64,000 nucleotides of DNA, taken from UHGV virus genome UHGV-0125199; one strand, 5' to 3'. Positions 1 through 10,223 of the stretch are shown piece after piece. Each line of letters starts with the position of its first letter. The first letter of the stretch is position 1. The position numbers and the translations under genes are program-made. The notes under the pieces are model-generated. The model had not been told where the DNA came from and searched no databases. It saw nothing but the letters and a program-made list of their open reading frames with translations. This DNA is from a virus.

Positions 1-66
1 GCTACTGCAACAGCAACAGTCATTCCAACCATCGGATTGTTACCAAATACAAAAACGCAGCTTTTA

Positions 67-156
67 TTGTACTTATTTGTATCTATTCGTACTCAAATTC
101 CATGAAAATAGAGACTTAACACAGATTGTGCGTATTTATTTGTATCTATTTGTATC
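67..156. promoter_or_regulatory. Two direct copies of tatttgtatctatt[c/t]gta (about 20 bp each, at ~70-88 and ~134-153) upstream of the HTH gene; putative operator or iteron sites
   Basis: Repeated motif read directly in an AT-rich intergenic leader. Confidence 0.25.
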
Positions 157-223
157 CATAAATATTTATCGTATTTATATTTTGGTACACAAAATGTACA
201 CAACCTGTATACCATTTATAACG

Positions 224-406
224 CTAATCATTGCTCTGATATGATTCGTATTTTTCAAGGAACTTTTCGAGAGAAGATTTTCTAATTCTGAACGATTTAA
301 ATTTTAATACAGGAATCATTCCTTTGTCAATAAGTTCATATACATAATTTTTATTAACGTGAAGTATACTTGCAACTTGAGCAACTGTATATACCATTTC
401 TTCCAT
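224..406 (-). CDS. Small HTH DNA-binding protein (excisionase/MerR-like fold)
   Basis: 60 aa; 'YTVAQVASILHVNKNYVYELIDKGMIP' resembles Xis/AlpA/MerR helix-turn-helix. Confidence 0.4.
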   Translation of the reverse strand: MEEMVYTVAQVASILHVNKNYVYELIDKGMIPVLKFKSFRIRKSSLEKFLEKYESYQSND

Positions 407-625
407 TATATTACACCATCCTAAATTATTTATTAAATCATATTTCCAATAAAAATATCATAAAACTGTATTACCAAACAATAAATCATAATTACACTGA
501 TTATAAAATATGGAATATCATATCGATCTATTGTGTCGCCAGTCGCTTTAAAAAGAATAAAAGTAATACTAATTGATATGAATAATATGATTAGGTTTAC
601 AAGTATGTAACTTAACATATATCAC

Positions 626-1144
626 CTACTTTCCTGTTGAGCCAATACCGCCAGTGCGTTCAGTTGTAATTTCTTCTTCATCTGCAGCACCGAATGGAAC
701 AAATACAGCCTGTACAATTTTGTCGCCTTCTTCCAGTTCAAGCGTGTCCTCTCCGTTGTTCTTAATGCAGATAAAAATATGTCCTTCGTTATCCGCATAG
801 GCATAATCGGCATCTACAACTGGAACAGTATTGGCGATCATCATTCCTTTCTTAATCCCAAGACTACTACGCGGGAAAATCAGCATTACGTAATCTCTAT
901 CCATTTCGCACCTAAGACCAGTTGGAATTGTAATACTTTGATGCGGAGTCATTTTAATATTGAAAGGCGTACTAATATCATGACCGGCACTACATGCTGT
1001 GCTTCTCTTTGGAATATTAATATTCTTATATTTTTCTGATAAGTATTCCATTTTGTTTTCAATGTAGACATCTCCTAAAATACCTTTGCAATCTTCTACA
1101 AACTGTTCAAAACTCACTTTGCTAAACTTCGCTACTTTTCTCAT
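626..1144 (-). CDS. dut: dUTP diphosphatase (trimeric dUTPase)
   Basis: Motifs PRSSLG, VVDADYAY..G and C-terminal RTGGIGSTGK match dUTPase motifs III-V. Confidence 0.85.
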   Translation of the reverse strand: MRKVAKFSKVSFEQFVEDCKGILGDVYIENKMEYLSEKYKNINIPKRSTACSAGHDISTPFNIKMTPHQSITIPTGLRCEMDRDYVMLIFPRSSLGIKKGMMIANTVPVVDADYAYADNEGHIFICIKNNGEDTLELEEGDKIVQAVFVPFGAADEEEITTERTGGIGSTGK

Positions 1145-1147
1145 AAA

Positions 1148-1480
1148 TTAAATCACTCTCTTTCTAATAATTTTTGCTTTTACCATGTCATCCATAATGT
1201 CAGACAGTCTCGTATATACTGTTCTATAGACATCGTTCTTTCCTTCGTTTGTATATTCTCTGTCGTAAAATGCTGTATACAATGTATCGTTACACACATC
1301 CATGACATCATATCCAATATAGTTATCTAAAGATGAGACAAGAAATTCTGCAGCAATTACTGTCTTTGACTTGTTCTCATATAGAGGAAGAAACAACTTA
1401 TAATTTAAGCCGTACTTCCTGAATCCAAAATTGGTTAATTTACTATGCGTACATTGTCTATGTAATTTAAGCTGTTTCAT
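1148..1480 (-). CDS. hypothetical protein
   Basis: 110-aa ORF in the co-directional chain, 3 nt from dut. Confidence 0.3.
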   Translation of the reverse strand: MKQLKLHRQCTHSKLTNFGFRKYGLNYKLFLPLYENKSKTVIAAEFLVSSLDNYIGYDVMDVCNDTLYTAFYDREYTNEGKNDVYRTVYTRLSDIMDDMVKAKIIRKRVI

Positions 1481-1649
1481 AATTTATTACTCCTCTGACT
1501 TGTCTTTATTTTTGAAATCATCGTATTGTTTGTCAAATCTGCTATAAAATTCGTCTGACCGTTTTGACGTTACACACAACGACATTATTACAACAGAAAA
1601 AATTGACCCTAAAAAGAATCCTGCTACAATACCAATTAATGCATCCATA

Positions 1650-1925
1650 TCAATACTCCTCGTAAAATGTCTCTTTACTTATTTTCTTTTTATTATTCGC
1701 CTCTGCAGCAAGAACTTTATTTAATGCTTGTTTACGATCGTGAAACACGACTTCTCCTAAATCAGAATAATTAAATAGATAAGCATGTTTGTCTACTTTG
1801 TCGCATCCAACAAAATAATCTTTTCTTACTGTTCTGATTATAAGTTGGCATACATCAAATATGCCAACCGTAGGAATGATTCTTGCATAATACAGAATAT
1901 CTTTTACTTTTACTGATTCTCCCAT
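1650..1925 (-). CDS. hypothetical protein
   Basis: 91-aa ORF overlapping the nrdG end by 16 nt. Confidence 0.3.
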   Translation of the reverse strand: MGESVKVKDILYYARIIPTVGIFDVCQLIIRTVRKDYFVGCDKVDKHAYLFNYSDLGEVVFHDRKQALNKVLAAEANNKKKISKETFYEEY

Positions 1926-2458
1926 AGAATCACACTTCCTTGCTCTAATGTTTTCTTGACATCAATCACTCTCTGGTTTGTACTGCCTGCCCAGTGATAT
2001 GTAACGTCTCTCTTGTCTTCTTCATAGCGCCCATCTACAAGTACATCACACTGTTTTACAATTTCTCGGCGCATTTTCAGGAACTTGTCTCTTTCTGGAT
2101 TAAAATCATTAGTAACAACTGGATACATGATTTGTTCCCATGTGTATCCGGAATACAGCCAGATTGTTTTTTCTGGATATGAAAGACGAATTTCATTAAC
2201 CAAATCCAGAACGGATTCAAGATTTTTTTGATGAAGTGGATCGCCACCAGTCAAAGTAATTCCAGAAATATAATCTTTTGATAGTTCATTGAATATTTCA
2301 TTTTTAGCTTTTATATCAAATTTAGCTCCATCATTCGGATCCCAAGTAATAGGATTCTGACAATTTTTACAATGGTGATCACAGCCAGAACACCATAAAC
2401 AAACCCTTAATCCTGTTCCGTTCATCATGTCATCGTGAGTTATATCATGATATTTCAA
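1910..2458 (-). CDS. nrdG: Anaerobic ribonucleotide reductase activating protein (radical SAM)
   Basis: 'LWCSGCDHHCKNCQNPITW' matches the NrdG Cys cluster (E. coli SGCVHECPGCYNKSTW); lies next to nrdD. Confidence 0.8.
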   Translation of the reverse strand: MKYHDITHDDMMNGTGLRVCLWCSGCDHHCKNCQNPITWDPNDGAKFDIKAKNEIFNELSKDYISGITLTGGDPLHQKNLESVLDLVNEIRLSYPEKTIWLYSGYTWEQIMYPVVTNDFNPERDKFLKMRREIVKQCDVLVDGRYEEDKRDVTYHWAGSTNQRVIDVKKTLEQGSVILWENQ

Positions 2459-2516
2459 ATTAAATTACCACCCTTTCTTTTGTGGGTTATCATTTGAGAC
2501 AACCCACAATATTGTT

Positions 2517-3476
2517 TTACATACTCTTTCTGTCTGCAATTTCAGCCATCTTTGCGTCATTCAATCTTGTATCCCCATGAACTCTTGAATACGACAGATA
2601 TCCATTCATTCTTTCAATCTTTGTCAAATCGTTACTTCCACAATTCGGACAAATATCCATATTTAATTCTTCATGCCCGCAATTATTGCAGTACGCAAGT
2701 GATAAATTTACACCTTCATAAAACCCCATTGACATTGCCCGTCTTACAAGTGTCTTAATCGCTTCAATATTATATCCAATCGGGTACTTACAGTACTGAA
2801 TACGTCCACCTTCGATATAATTCCAAAATCTATGTTCTAAGTCCTGTTTCTGAATTGGCGTAATATCCTCCCAAACACCACAATGAAAACTGTTGCTTAC
2901 ATATTCTCTATCTGATACACCAGGAATGATTCCATATTTTTTACGAAACTGTTTTACCTGAAGTCCACATAAGTTTTCTGCTGGGGTACCATAAATTGCA
3001 TACAACCAGCCATCTTCTTTTTTATACTCTTTTACTTTCATATCAATATATTTCAATGTTTCAACTGCAAATTCACCATCCTCAACAAGAGATTTACCAT
3101 TGTATAACTGCTGTAGTTCATTTAATGCTGTAATGCCAAATGACGCAGTCATAGGTTTTAATAATGGTTTAATCTTATCTGTTGGATTCAAATGTCCACC
3201 CAGAAATCCGCCCTCACAATATCCAAGCGGATTAGTTGACGCTTTCATCTCTCCTAAGTAATCATAAGTTCTCTGATGTAATTTACGAATCATTTCAAGA
3301 TAATAATCAAGAACTTTATGAAAATCTTTATTTTCTTGTCTTGCCTTTGCAAGAATCATCGGGAGATGTAATGATACTGCACCGATATTGAACCTTGAAA
3401 CAAAAATCGGTTCATCATTTTCATCCGCCGGCTCCATTCCCCCTCGTTCATACCAAGGAGAAAGAAATGCTCTACA
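2517..3476 (-). CDS. nrdD: Anaerobic ribonucleoside-triphosphate reductase NrdD, exon 3 (CRAFL... to the glycyl-radical C-terminus)
   Basis: Begins 'CRAFLSPWYE' (E. coli PMG|CRSFLGVWE). Zn ribbon 'CNNCGHEE..CPNCGS' and glycyl-radical motif 'RMNGYLSY'. Annotated ORF start codons are intronic. Confidence 0.8.
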   Translation of the reverse strand, partial: CRAFLSPWYERGGMEPADENDEPIFVSRFNIGAVSLHLPMILAKARQENKDFHKVLDYYLEMIRKLHQRTYDYLGEMKASTNPLGYCEGGFLGGHLNPTDKIKPLLKPMTASFGITALNELQQLYNGKSLVEDGEFAVETLKYIDMKVKEYKKEDGWLYAIYGTPAENLCGLQVKQFRKKYGIIPGVSDREYVSNSFHCGVWEDITPIQKQDLEHRFWNYIEGGRIQYCKYPIGYNIEAIKTLVRRAMSMGFYEGVNLSLAYCNNCGHEELNMDICPNCGSNDLTKIERMNGYLSYSRVHGDTRLNDAKMAEIADRKSM

Positions 3477-3751
3477 CATATTCATCAATTGTCACCAATT
3501 GTACTGACTAGCTTTTCCCTCTGAGATGTCCTAATTCTCGTCATCAGGCGGTATCTTTGGAAACAGTGCTTATCTCTGTTTCTACGACGCTACACTCATC
3601 ACGTCTAGTCGATTGACCTTGTATAAAAGGCACAGCTTCATCTATAGTACAAACGATCTCTCTCCTATAGACCTATCTGTTAGCAATTCAAACGAATCAC
3701 ACCCACTAAGCAAGTGGTTTAATACCGTTTTACATGGGCTGATTTGCACTT
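3477..3751 (-). other. Group I intron 2 in nrdD (no ORF, ~275 nt)
   Basis: Breaks the conserved ISPMG|CRAFL motif. 5' exon ends in U (GGT|), intron ends in G (atG|TGT). R-like 'ATCGACTAGACG' and S-like 'AAAGATACCGCC' core elements. Stop codons in all frames. Confidence 0.55.
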
Positions 3752-4291
3752 ACCCATAGGACTAATAACTTTTCCGTATTTATGGTACATTTTAGACACT
3801 GTTGTATCTCCATCTAAACTTAACCAGTCTGGATACATTGTTTTTGCAGAAGTTTTAATTCCTTCTTCAAACAATTCTTCGTTTACTTTGCCTTTTCCGT
3901 GCAGCTCTTCTGTATAAAGAAATACAAGTTTTGGGAACAATACAGGCTTTTTATTTCCGTCTTTTCCTTGTCCTTCTCTATGTACTCTAAGAAATGTTTT
4001 TGAAGCCATTTTAGCAAAAGAATCTGTTCCCAGACCAAATGTAATGGTGATGAAGGGATAGTCCCCTCTGCTGGATGAGACAGTATTAAATTTGTATTCG
4101 AGTCCTTGATAACCTTGTGCCATATCACGTTCTACTTTTCTCATAGCGTAGTCATGAGCTTTCTGTTCAAAATCTGAATGTCTATAATCCAGTAAGTTAT
4201 CTGCAATATCATAAAATTCGTGTTTGTATTTTTCATAACTTTTTTCAGCATATGGCACTAACACCTCATCAATCTGCGGAAGTGTAAAACC
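3752..4291 (-). CDS. nrdD: NrdD exon 2 (GFTLPQIDEVL ... KVISPMG)
   Basis: Aligns to E. coli NrdD 'IYGGTTINRIDEVLAPF...TPMG'. ORF ends KCKSAHVKRY* and start TTG are intronic. Confidence 0.75.
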
Positions 4292-5196
4292 CAAGTGTGT
4301 TTACACACACATGCACTATTTCTTCAATGATTGCTAATCATTGCCTTGCGCTTCGATGCAGGATTTTCACCTATACATCTACTCTACTCACTTCTTCATA
4401 TTCATTCTCGCTATATCGAATGAATATTATGTTTTCGATAGTCTCTGAACCTTCACATAAATCTTCTGTTGATATTTATTTAATTATTTATCCCTTCTAT
4501 AAGAAAATAGAAATTTTTATTCTCGGATTCATTTTTTGCTATTCTTCTTATTTGCGTACAAGAAACATTTGTTCCTCTTGACGCAGCCTCAATACTTTCA
4601 TATACTGTATGTACATTGGTTTGTTTATCAATGCTAATACACCGTCTTTTCATTAACTTTGGTCGGTTTATGGGGCGGTGTAATTTATCATAGGCATGTT
4701 TTTCGTTTTCTGAATATGTAGCCCATTCTAAATTGTCTACTCTGTTATTTTTTCTATTTCCATCTATATGATTTACGGTTGTTTTATTAGTTGGATCATC
4801 ATTTTCTAAAAATGCTTCTGCAACTAATCTATGAATCTTAAAACATTTTCTTTTGTTATTTTTTCTCAAATGTATCTCACATACTTCTACTCTTTTGTTG
4901 TAGCATATTGACAGAATTTTGCCTCTTATTAGTTGCATATTATCGTATCGTCCTTTTACATATCTGTCTAAACTTCTGATTCTACCAAATGTACTTACTT
5001 GATACATTCCTTCATAATCTCTAATATCTTTCCAAATTTCTTCTATATATAACACTCTCCTTGTTTTATACAGAAGATTTATGTGCTTGGCACACCGTTC
5101 CGTTTCCGGTTCAGTGTTAGCAGTCTTTTAAATTTTGACCACACCGCTTATTTAAGCGTTCACAAGGTTTTTAAGTACGGCAGTCGGATTATTTTT
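4292..5196 (-). mobile_element. Group I intron 1 in nrdD carrying an HNH homing endonuclease gene
   Basis: Splits QQYG|GFTL (E. coli HIYGG|TT). 5' exon ends in U and intron ends in G (ttG|GGT). Contains the 191-aa HNH ORF. Confidence 0.6.
4480..5055 (-). CDS. HNH homing endonuclease (intron-encoded)
   Basis: 'NHIDGNRKNNRVDNLEWAT' HNH motif plus N-terminal 'EGMYQVSTFGRIRS' NUMOD4-like motif, inside the nrdD intron. Confidence 0.8.
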   Translation of the reverse strand: MLYIEEIWKDIRDYEGMYQVSTFGRIRSLDRYVKGRYDNMQLIRGKILSICYNKRVEVCEIHLRKNNKRKCFKIHRLVAEAFLENDDPTNKTTVNHIDGNRKNNRVDNLEWATYSENEKHAYDKLHRPINRPKLMKRRCISIDKQTNVHTVYESIEAASRGTNVSCTQIRRIAKNESENKNFYFLIEGINN

Positions 5197-5847
5197 ACCG
5201 TACTGTTGACTCGCAGCGCTTAATGTAATATCACCAATCACATCAAATGCTGTGTCTAATGTTTTTGGCTCGTTATACCACACATTACCCATTTCGAATC
5301 CACCACGCATTACTTCTGCGACATTAAACAAGCAACAGTTCATCGTATCCCTTCTAGCTGACATGTCATGAATATAAATATATCCATCATTGATAGCCTG
5401 CCTTTCTTCTACTGTCAGGAAGAATTTCTTATACAACTGCTTGTTCAATTCATTAAATACAAGACTTCGCTTTGTAGATACGAGAGCACTATCAGTGTTA
5501 CTGTTTTCCTTATCCCCGATGTACATAATTTTCTGACTCTCTTCGTATACCGTATCCATCATATGTACAAAATCAAGTTTATAATTACGATATTGCTGAT
5601 ATTGATATCCTACTTTTGGAAACAAATCAAGAAGTGTTTTTTCTACAATATTATGAATAAAACCTACAGGAACTTCATCATTCTCAAAGTCTTCTTCATC
5701 AACCTCGTTAAGAACTCTGTTGCAGATCATTCCATATTCATCTTGTGAAAATGTAAAATTTTCTCTCTGTGCAGATTTATCAATAGCATTAATAATTTTC
5801 TGTTCGTTATACTCTTCTAGTGTTCCATCCTTCTTAATTACCTTCAT
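5197..5847 (-). CDS. nrdD: NrdD exon 1 (ATP-cone N-terminus to ...SQQYG)
   Basis: 'MKVIKKDGTLEEYNEQKIINAI' ATP-cone; body aligns to the NrdD N-terminal half. Confidence 0.75.
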
Positions 5848-5865
5848 TAATCACATCATCCTTTC

Positions 5866-6081
5866 TTACTTCTGAGAACTATCTTTTGCTGTCTTCGTTG
5901 TAGTTCTAGTTCTTTTGGTTTTCTGTTCCGTTGCATTATTCGCTTCTTTCGGTTCGTTTTCTTCCAAATCTTCATCATCAGAATCAGACCATTCATCATG
6001 ACTTTTGTTACTTCTAGTCACATCTGTGCCTTTGAGTGCACGAATACATTTTGTGTTACAACGCATTTTATTTGATGCCAT
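5866..6081 (-). CDS. hypothetical Ser/acidic-rich small protein
   Basis: 71-aa ORF in chain. Confidence 0.3.
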   Translation of the reverse strand: MASNKMRCNTKCIRALKGTDVTRSNKSHDEWSDSDDEDLEENEPKEANNATEQKTKRTRTTTKTAKDSSQK

Positions 6082-6211
6082 AATTTGCAGAATTCGGAAA
6101 ATTAAAACATCCCATTTTTAGCCTTGTTATAACGGTAATAATTTTTTCTATTACTGTTATAACAAGGATTCCAGGGGTTCGGGGATGGAAGATCCCCGTA
6201 TTATTTCTGCA

Positions 6212-6355
6212 CTATTTATTTTTCTGAAAATGGCATATTATAATGTGCTGATCAACACATTTTGCAACACCCTCAAACAGCGCCCAGATTGGGATCCACA
6301 TTGTTGTACCGATTGCGAAAATCACTGTACCCAGTTGATTAAAATCCATGTTCAT
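6212..6355 (-). CDS. small hydrophobic protein (47 aa; not in the ORF track)
   Basis: Strong RBS GGAGGTGAG immediately upstream of ATG; MNMDFNQLGTVIFAIGTTMWIPIWALFEG... has a single TM-like segment. Confidence 0.35.
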   Translation of the reverse strand: MNMDFNQLGTVIFAIGTTMWIPIWALFEGVAKCVDQHIIICHFQKNK

Positions 6356-6356
6356 C

Positions 6357-6548
6357 TCACCTCCTAACAAAACCACTACCACCATCTCTCACGTTTAAAC
6401 ATAAATGAGAGGTATCATCAATATTTCCATGTGTTTTCGTGTGTCCAATACTATCAATTACATATTCTTCTTCTCCTAATCTAACTGTGACGAAATCATC
6501 AGGATACATACCCAATTCTCGCATCAACATGCCACTTGTTCTAATCAA
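6357..6548 (-). CDS. hypothetical protein
   Basis: 63-aa ORF in chain. Confidence 0.25.
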   Translation of the reverse strand: MIRTSGMLMRELGMYPDDFVTVRLGEEEYVIDSIGHTKTHGNIDDTSHLCLNVRDGGSGFVRR

Positions 6549-6553
6549 TTTAT

Positions 6554-7108
6554 CTATTCTCCCTCTCTCGTTTTTAAATATTCAAATATTTCATCTACTA
6601 AATCATCGATATTTTTACCGTCGTTGTTATAAAAGATTCTATCTGCTAATTCTTCCGCACCTTTAAAATCTTTATTGTCATGTAAAATCCTACGATCAGC
6701 TTCTTCTTTTTTATCTCCACGTTTGGATAATCTGTTTCGAATTGTCTTATTATTTGCGTATATATAAATAGAAATGTGTTCATCTAACTCGTCCTTGATG
6801 TCTCTATAACCATCCGGAGTTAGAATCACGATTGATTTGTTATCAGATCTGGATATTTCATCTAGGGGAGAACCATAATACCACGTCCCGTCTACTGTGT
6901 TATATTTCTTCCACTCTGCAAAATATCTTGTATTAGTAAGCTCTTTAAATTCATCAACGGTAATAAACTTGTAATCAACTCCATCAACTTCACTTTTTCT
7001 TGCCGGTCGTGTTGTGGTGGTAACAATTTTCTTAAATCCTCTTTTTACAAGTTCATCAACAATTCTGCTTTTCCCGCTTGCTGTTTTACCAAAAATAATA
7101 ATCGCCAT
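6554..7108 (-). CDS. Guanylate kinase-like nucleoside monophosphate kinase
   Basis: P-loop 'GKTASGKS' and 'TTTTRPARKSEVDGVDYKF' guanylate-kinase signature. Confidence 0.7.
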   Translation of the reverse strand: MAIIIFGKTASGKSRIVDELVKRGFKKIVTTTTRPARKSEVDGVDYKFITVDEFKELTNTRYFAEWKKYNTVDGTWYYGSPLDEISRSDNKSIVILTPDGYRDIKDELDEHISIYIYANNKTIRNRLSKRGDKKEEADRRILHDNKDFKGAEELADRIFYNNDGKNIDDLVDEIFEYLKTREGE

Positions 7109-7308
7109 TATTCAGACTTCACCTCTGTTTCTTCTGCAATAATTGGTGTTTTATTAATAAATAATACTCGTCCATTATCGTCTACGCACATTGCTTTATA
7201 TAATGTAACTTTGCATTGGTGCTGTTCTGCATCCACATATCTTTCACATGTATCTTTTACAGGACAATCATTTTCTTCATGTTTACAATAATAAATCATA
7301 TCTGACAT
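7108..7308 (-). CDS. hypothetical Cys-rich small protein
   Basis: 66 aa; start overlaps neighbouring stop. Confidence 0.3.
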   Translation of the reverse strand: MSDMIYYCKHEENDCPVKDTCERYVDAEQHQCKVTLYKAMCVDDNGRVLFINKTPIIAEETEVKSE

Positions 7309-7931
7309 TATTCATTTGTTCCTTTTCTGATATTCGTTTTATCACAGATTTGACTCTCAAATCCTTTAATATATTCCATTAGTTCCTCTTCAAAAGCATC
7401 TGTTTTGTTATACCCACATGGGAACATCTCAGGACAAAGACCATTTCTATACACGCATTCTCTAACCATTCTGCTTGCTGCTTCCGGCTCAAACTTAACA
7501 ATTTCATCTTTAACCATCTTAAATGCTTTTCTTGTCTCATAACTAGCACAATTACACAATCTCTTTCTTGCCACGTTGATTAATGCTTGGAAATTGAAAT
7601 AATATGTAGCACTCTGCAATGTATTTCTATCAGGAACTTCATCATAGTCATTCCTGTCACTTCTAAGAGATGATACAAACGGAATAACCCAATTTGAATG
7701 ACGCACTAAATGTCCATGTACAAATTGCGGCGCATCATAGATTTTTAAAATTACAAATCCGAGTCTAATTGGGGAATGTTCTGCCATTAAAAGTTTCAAT
7801 TTCCAATCATGATCAGGATAAGAACCTTTGTCTTTTCCAATCGTAGTCATTGTTGCATCTTTAATCTGCTGCCACATATCTTCAGCCCATTTGATTTCTA
7901 CTCGCATTTTTGTTAAATCTGGTTTATTCAT
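7308..7931 (-). CDS. thyX: Flavin-dependent thymidylate synthase ThyX-like
   Basis: 'AEHSPIRLGFVILKIYDAPQFVHGHLVRH...SSLRS' resembles the ThyX HxSPxEH..F.F.I...SR....QLxRHR...S core (RHS instead of RHR). Confidence 0.5.
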   Translation of the reverse strand: MNKPDLTKMRVEIKWAEDMWQQIKDATMTTIGKDKGSYPDHDWKLKLLMAEHSPIRLGFVILKIYDAPQFVHGHLVRHSNWVIPFVSSLRSDRNDYDEVPDRNTLQSATYYFNFQALINVARKRLCNCASYETRKAFKMVKDEIVKFEPEAASRMVRECVYRNGLCPEMFPCGYNKTDAFEEELMEYIKGFESQICDKTNIRKGTNE

Positions 7932-7932
7932 G

Positions 7933-8172
7933 TTAGTCCTCCAAAGCCCACAGTTTCATATCTTCTTTGAATTTATTTTTTACATACTCATCTTCCGAGT
8001 GGAGCACAACTGTGCATTCTCTTTCGAGTCCAATTCCCATAATCCCAAGAATTGATTTAGCATCAATCTGATATCTCCCACAAATATAATCAATATCTTC
8101 TTCATAATTGTCACAAACCGTTGCAAATAGCATTGCATTTTTTACAGTATTTAATTTAATTCTGATTTCCAT
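7933..8172 (-). CDS. hypothetical protein
   Basis: 79-aa ORF. Confidence 0.3.
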   Translation of the reverse strand: MEIRIKLNTVKNAMLFATVCDNYEEDIDYICGRYQIDAKSILGIMGIGLERECTVVLHSEDEYVKNKFKEDMKLWALED

Positions 8173-8219
8173 AATTTTAGTTCCTTCCTATTATAATGTT
8201 GTTTCGGTATGCAGAATAA

Positions 8220-10223
8220 CTACATGCCCAACATCTCAATTAATTGTTCTTCATTAATAATCTGAACACCCAGTTCTTTTGCTTTTTTATTTTTACTGCT
8301 ATTGGATTCTATATCGTTATTGATTAAAGCAAATGTGGATTTTGTTACAGAACCTGTTACTTTCCCACCGAATTTTTCAATAGCTTCTTTTACTTCATCA
8401 CGATTTTTGAATTTATATACTTTTCCGGTAACAACAAATGATTTGCCATTCAAAGAATTGTTTGTTTTAGAATTGTCTTCTGATTCAAACGTCATAAGAG
8501 AAGCAAGATAATCTGCAATATTACTCATATCTTCAAACCAAGAATGAATATTGTTATTTAATACATCTCCAAAACCGTCAAGCTGCGTAAAGTCATAATA
8601 ACCAATGCTTGCATCTCTAAACTTGTCCCATGTACCAAAAGCTTTAACCAACTCTTTTGACTGTGATGTTCCAATCCCAGGAATACTTAATGATGCAATA
8701 AATTTATCCAATCTTACGGTTTTACTATTTTCAATTGATGTTCTTAACTTGTCTACTGACTTCTTTCCAAATCCACTCATCGTAGAAAGCCTATCATAAT
8801 ACTGGTCAAGATTGTAGATGTCTGTAATCTCTGCAATCCATCCAAGTTCAATGAGTTTCTTAATTGTTTCTTCTGACAAACCTGAGATATCCATACCTTT
8901 CTTGGAAACAAAATGAGAAACTCTTCCTAGTAGCTTGCCTTTACAATGAGGATTAACACACATTAAAACTTCTGAATCGTTTTCTTTTACAATCCGAGTT
9001 GGTGATTCGCAGACAGGACACTGTGATGGAATCCGGATATAAGCTGATTCTCTATTTTTTGCAGATAAGTTTTCTTTTACTTGTGGGATAATTTGATTTG
9101 CTTTATATACAGTAATTGTATCTCCAATTTGTAAATCTAATTTAGTAAGAATACTTACATTGTGAAGGCTGGCTCTTTCCACCATAGTCCCATCAATTTC
9201 TACAGGATCGAAAATTGCTACCGGTGTTAATGAACCAATCTTACCCATTGACCATTCAATATTCTTCAATACCGTTTCGGCTTCTTCATCGTAAAATTTA
9301 AATGCAATAGAATGTTTAGGATGATGACCTGTCATTCCAAGTGACTCTCCGTATGTAATATCATTGTACGTTGCCACTAAGCCATCAATCGGGAAGCTCT
9401 TTTCCTTTGCACGTTTTCGTAATTGTTCTACCACAATATTAATAAATTCAGCATTGCAATTTCCACGAATAGGTAAAAATGGAACTGTATCAAATCCCAA
9501 ATTTGAAGCATACTGCAATCTATTGATAAAACTACTTGACGCAATATCTGTTGGCACTTTCCACGCAATAAATTTAATATGGCGCTGTGCTGCAATTTTA
9601 CTGTCTAATTGTCGTACAGATCCAGAAGCTAAATTTCTTGGATTCTTATATTTTTTGTCTTCTGGTAAAAACTCGTTGATTTTATTAAAATCGTCATATG
9701 TAATAATCGCCTCTCCTTCGATTTCAAAATGACCTTTATAATCAATCGATAACGGAATATTTTCAAACACTTTTGCATTATGTGTAATCAATTCACCAAT
9801 CTCTCCATCTCCGCGTGTTTCTCCTTGAACCAATTCGCCGTTTTCATACGTTAAAAGACATGTCAATCCATCCATTTTCAGACTTAAAATACAGTCTTTA
9901 TCTCCAGCAAATTTTACCAAATCATCTACAGATTTTGTTTTATCTAATGACAACATCGGATGAGAGTGCTCTACTTTTTCTAATTCAGATTTCACCTCGT
10001 ATCCAACGGTTTGTGTTGGCGAATTCGTGTACACGACACCAGTTTCATTTTCAAGTTCTGATAATTCATCGAATAATCTATCGTATTCTGCATCAGAAAC
10101 ATCAGATCTTGCTTCATTATAATAGACATCCCGATATTCATTTAGCTGCTTTACAAGCTCTTGAATTCTTTTAACCTTATACATCAAATCACTCCTTTGC
10201 ATTTTTTCTTCGTTCATAATCAT
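8220..10223 (-). CDS. ligA: NAD-dependent DNA ligase
   Basis: Adenylation motif 'KMDGL', Zn finger 'CPVCESPTRIV..CVNPHCKGK', HhH and C-terminal BRCT; 667 aa. Confidence 0.9.
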   Translation of the reverse strand: MIMNEEKMQRSDLMYKVKRIQELVKQLNEYRDVYYNEARSDVSDAEYDRLFDELSELENETGVVYTNSPTQTVGYEVKSELEKVEHSHPMLSLDKTKSVDDLVKFAGDKDCILSLKMDGLTCLLTYENGELVQGETRGDGEIGELITHNAKVFENIPLSIDYKGHFEIEGEAIITYDDFNKINEFLPEDKKYKNPRNLASGSVRQLDSKIAAQRHIKFIAWKVPTDIASSSFINRLQYASNLGFDTVPFLPIRGNCNAEFINIVVEQLRKRAKEKSFPIDGLVATYNDITYGESLGMTGHHPKHSIAFKFYDEEAETVLKNIEWSMGKIGSLTPVAIFDPVEIDGTMVERASLHNVSILTKLDLQIGDTITVYKANQIIPQVKENLSAKNRESAYIRIPSQCPVCESPTRIVKENDSEVLMCVNPHCKGKLLGRVSHFVSKKGMDISGLSEETIKKLIELGWIAEITDIYNLDQYYDRLSTMSGFGKKSVDKLRTSIENSKTVRLDKFIASLSIPGIGTSQSKELVKAFGTWDKFRDASIGYYDFTQLDGFGDVLNNNIHSWFEDMSNIADYLASLMTFESEDNSKTNNSLNGKSFVVTGKVYKFKNRDEVKEAIEKFGGKVTGSVTKSTFALINNDIESNSSKNKKAKELGVQIINEEQLIEMLGM

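Noticed and set aside
3477-5196. Inteins or a truly fragmented nrdD as the explanation for the three ORFs
   Set aside because: Intervening segments contain stops in frame and are bounded by U|...G|; exon ends join into contiguous conserved NrdD motifs, which fits group I introns.
9364-9732. Plus-strand ORFs overlapping ligA and other long minus-strand genes (e.g. 8302..8511, 9364..9732, 9815..10174, 11989..12357)
   Set aside because: Antisense ORFs inside strongly supported genes with no motifs; typical shadow ORFs.
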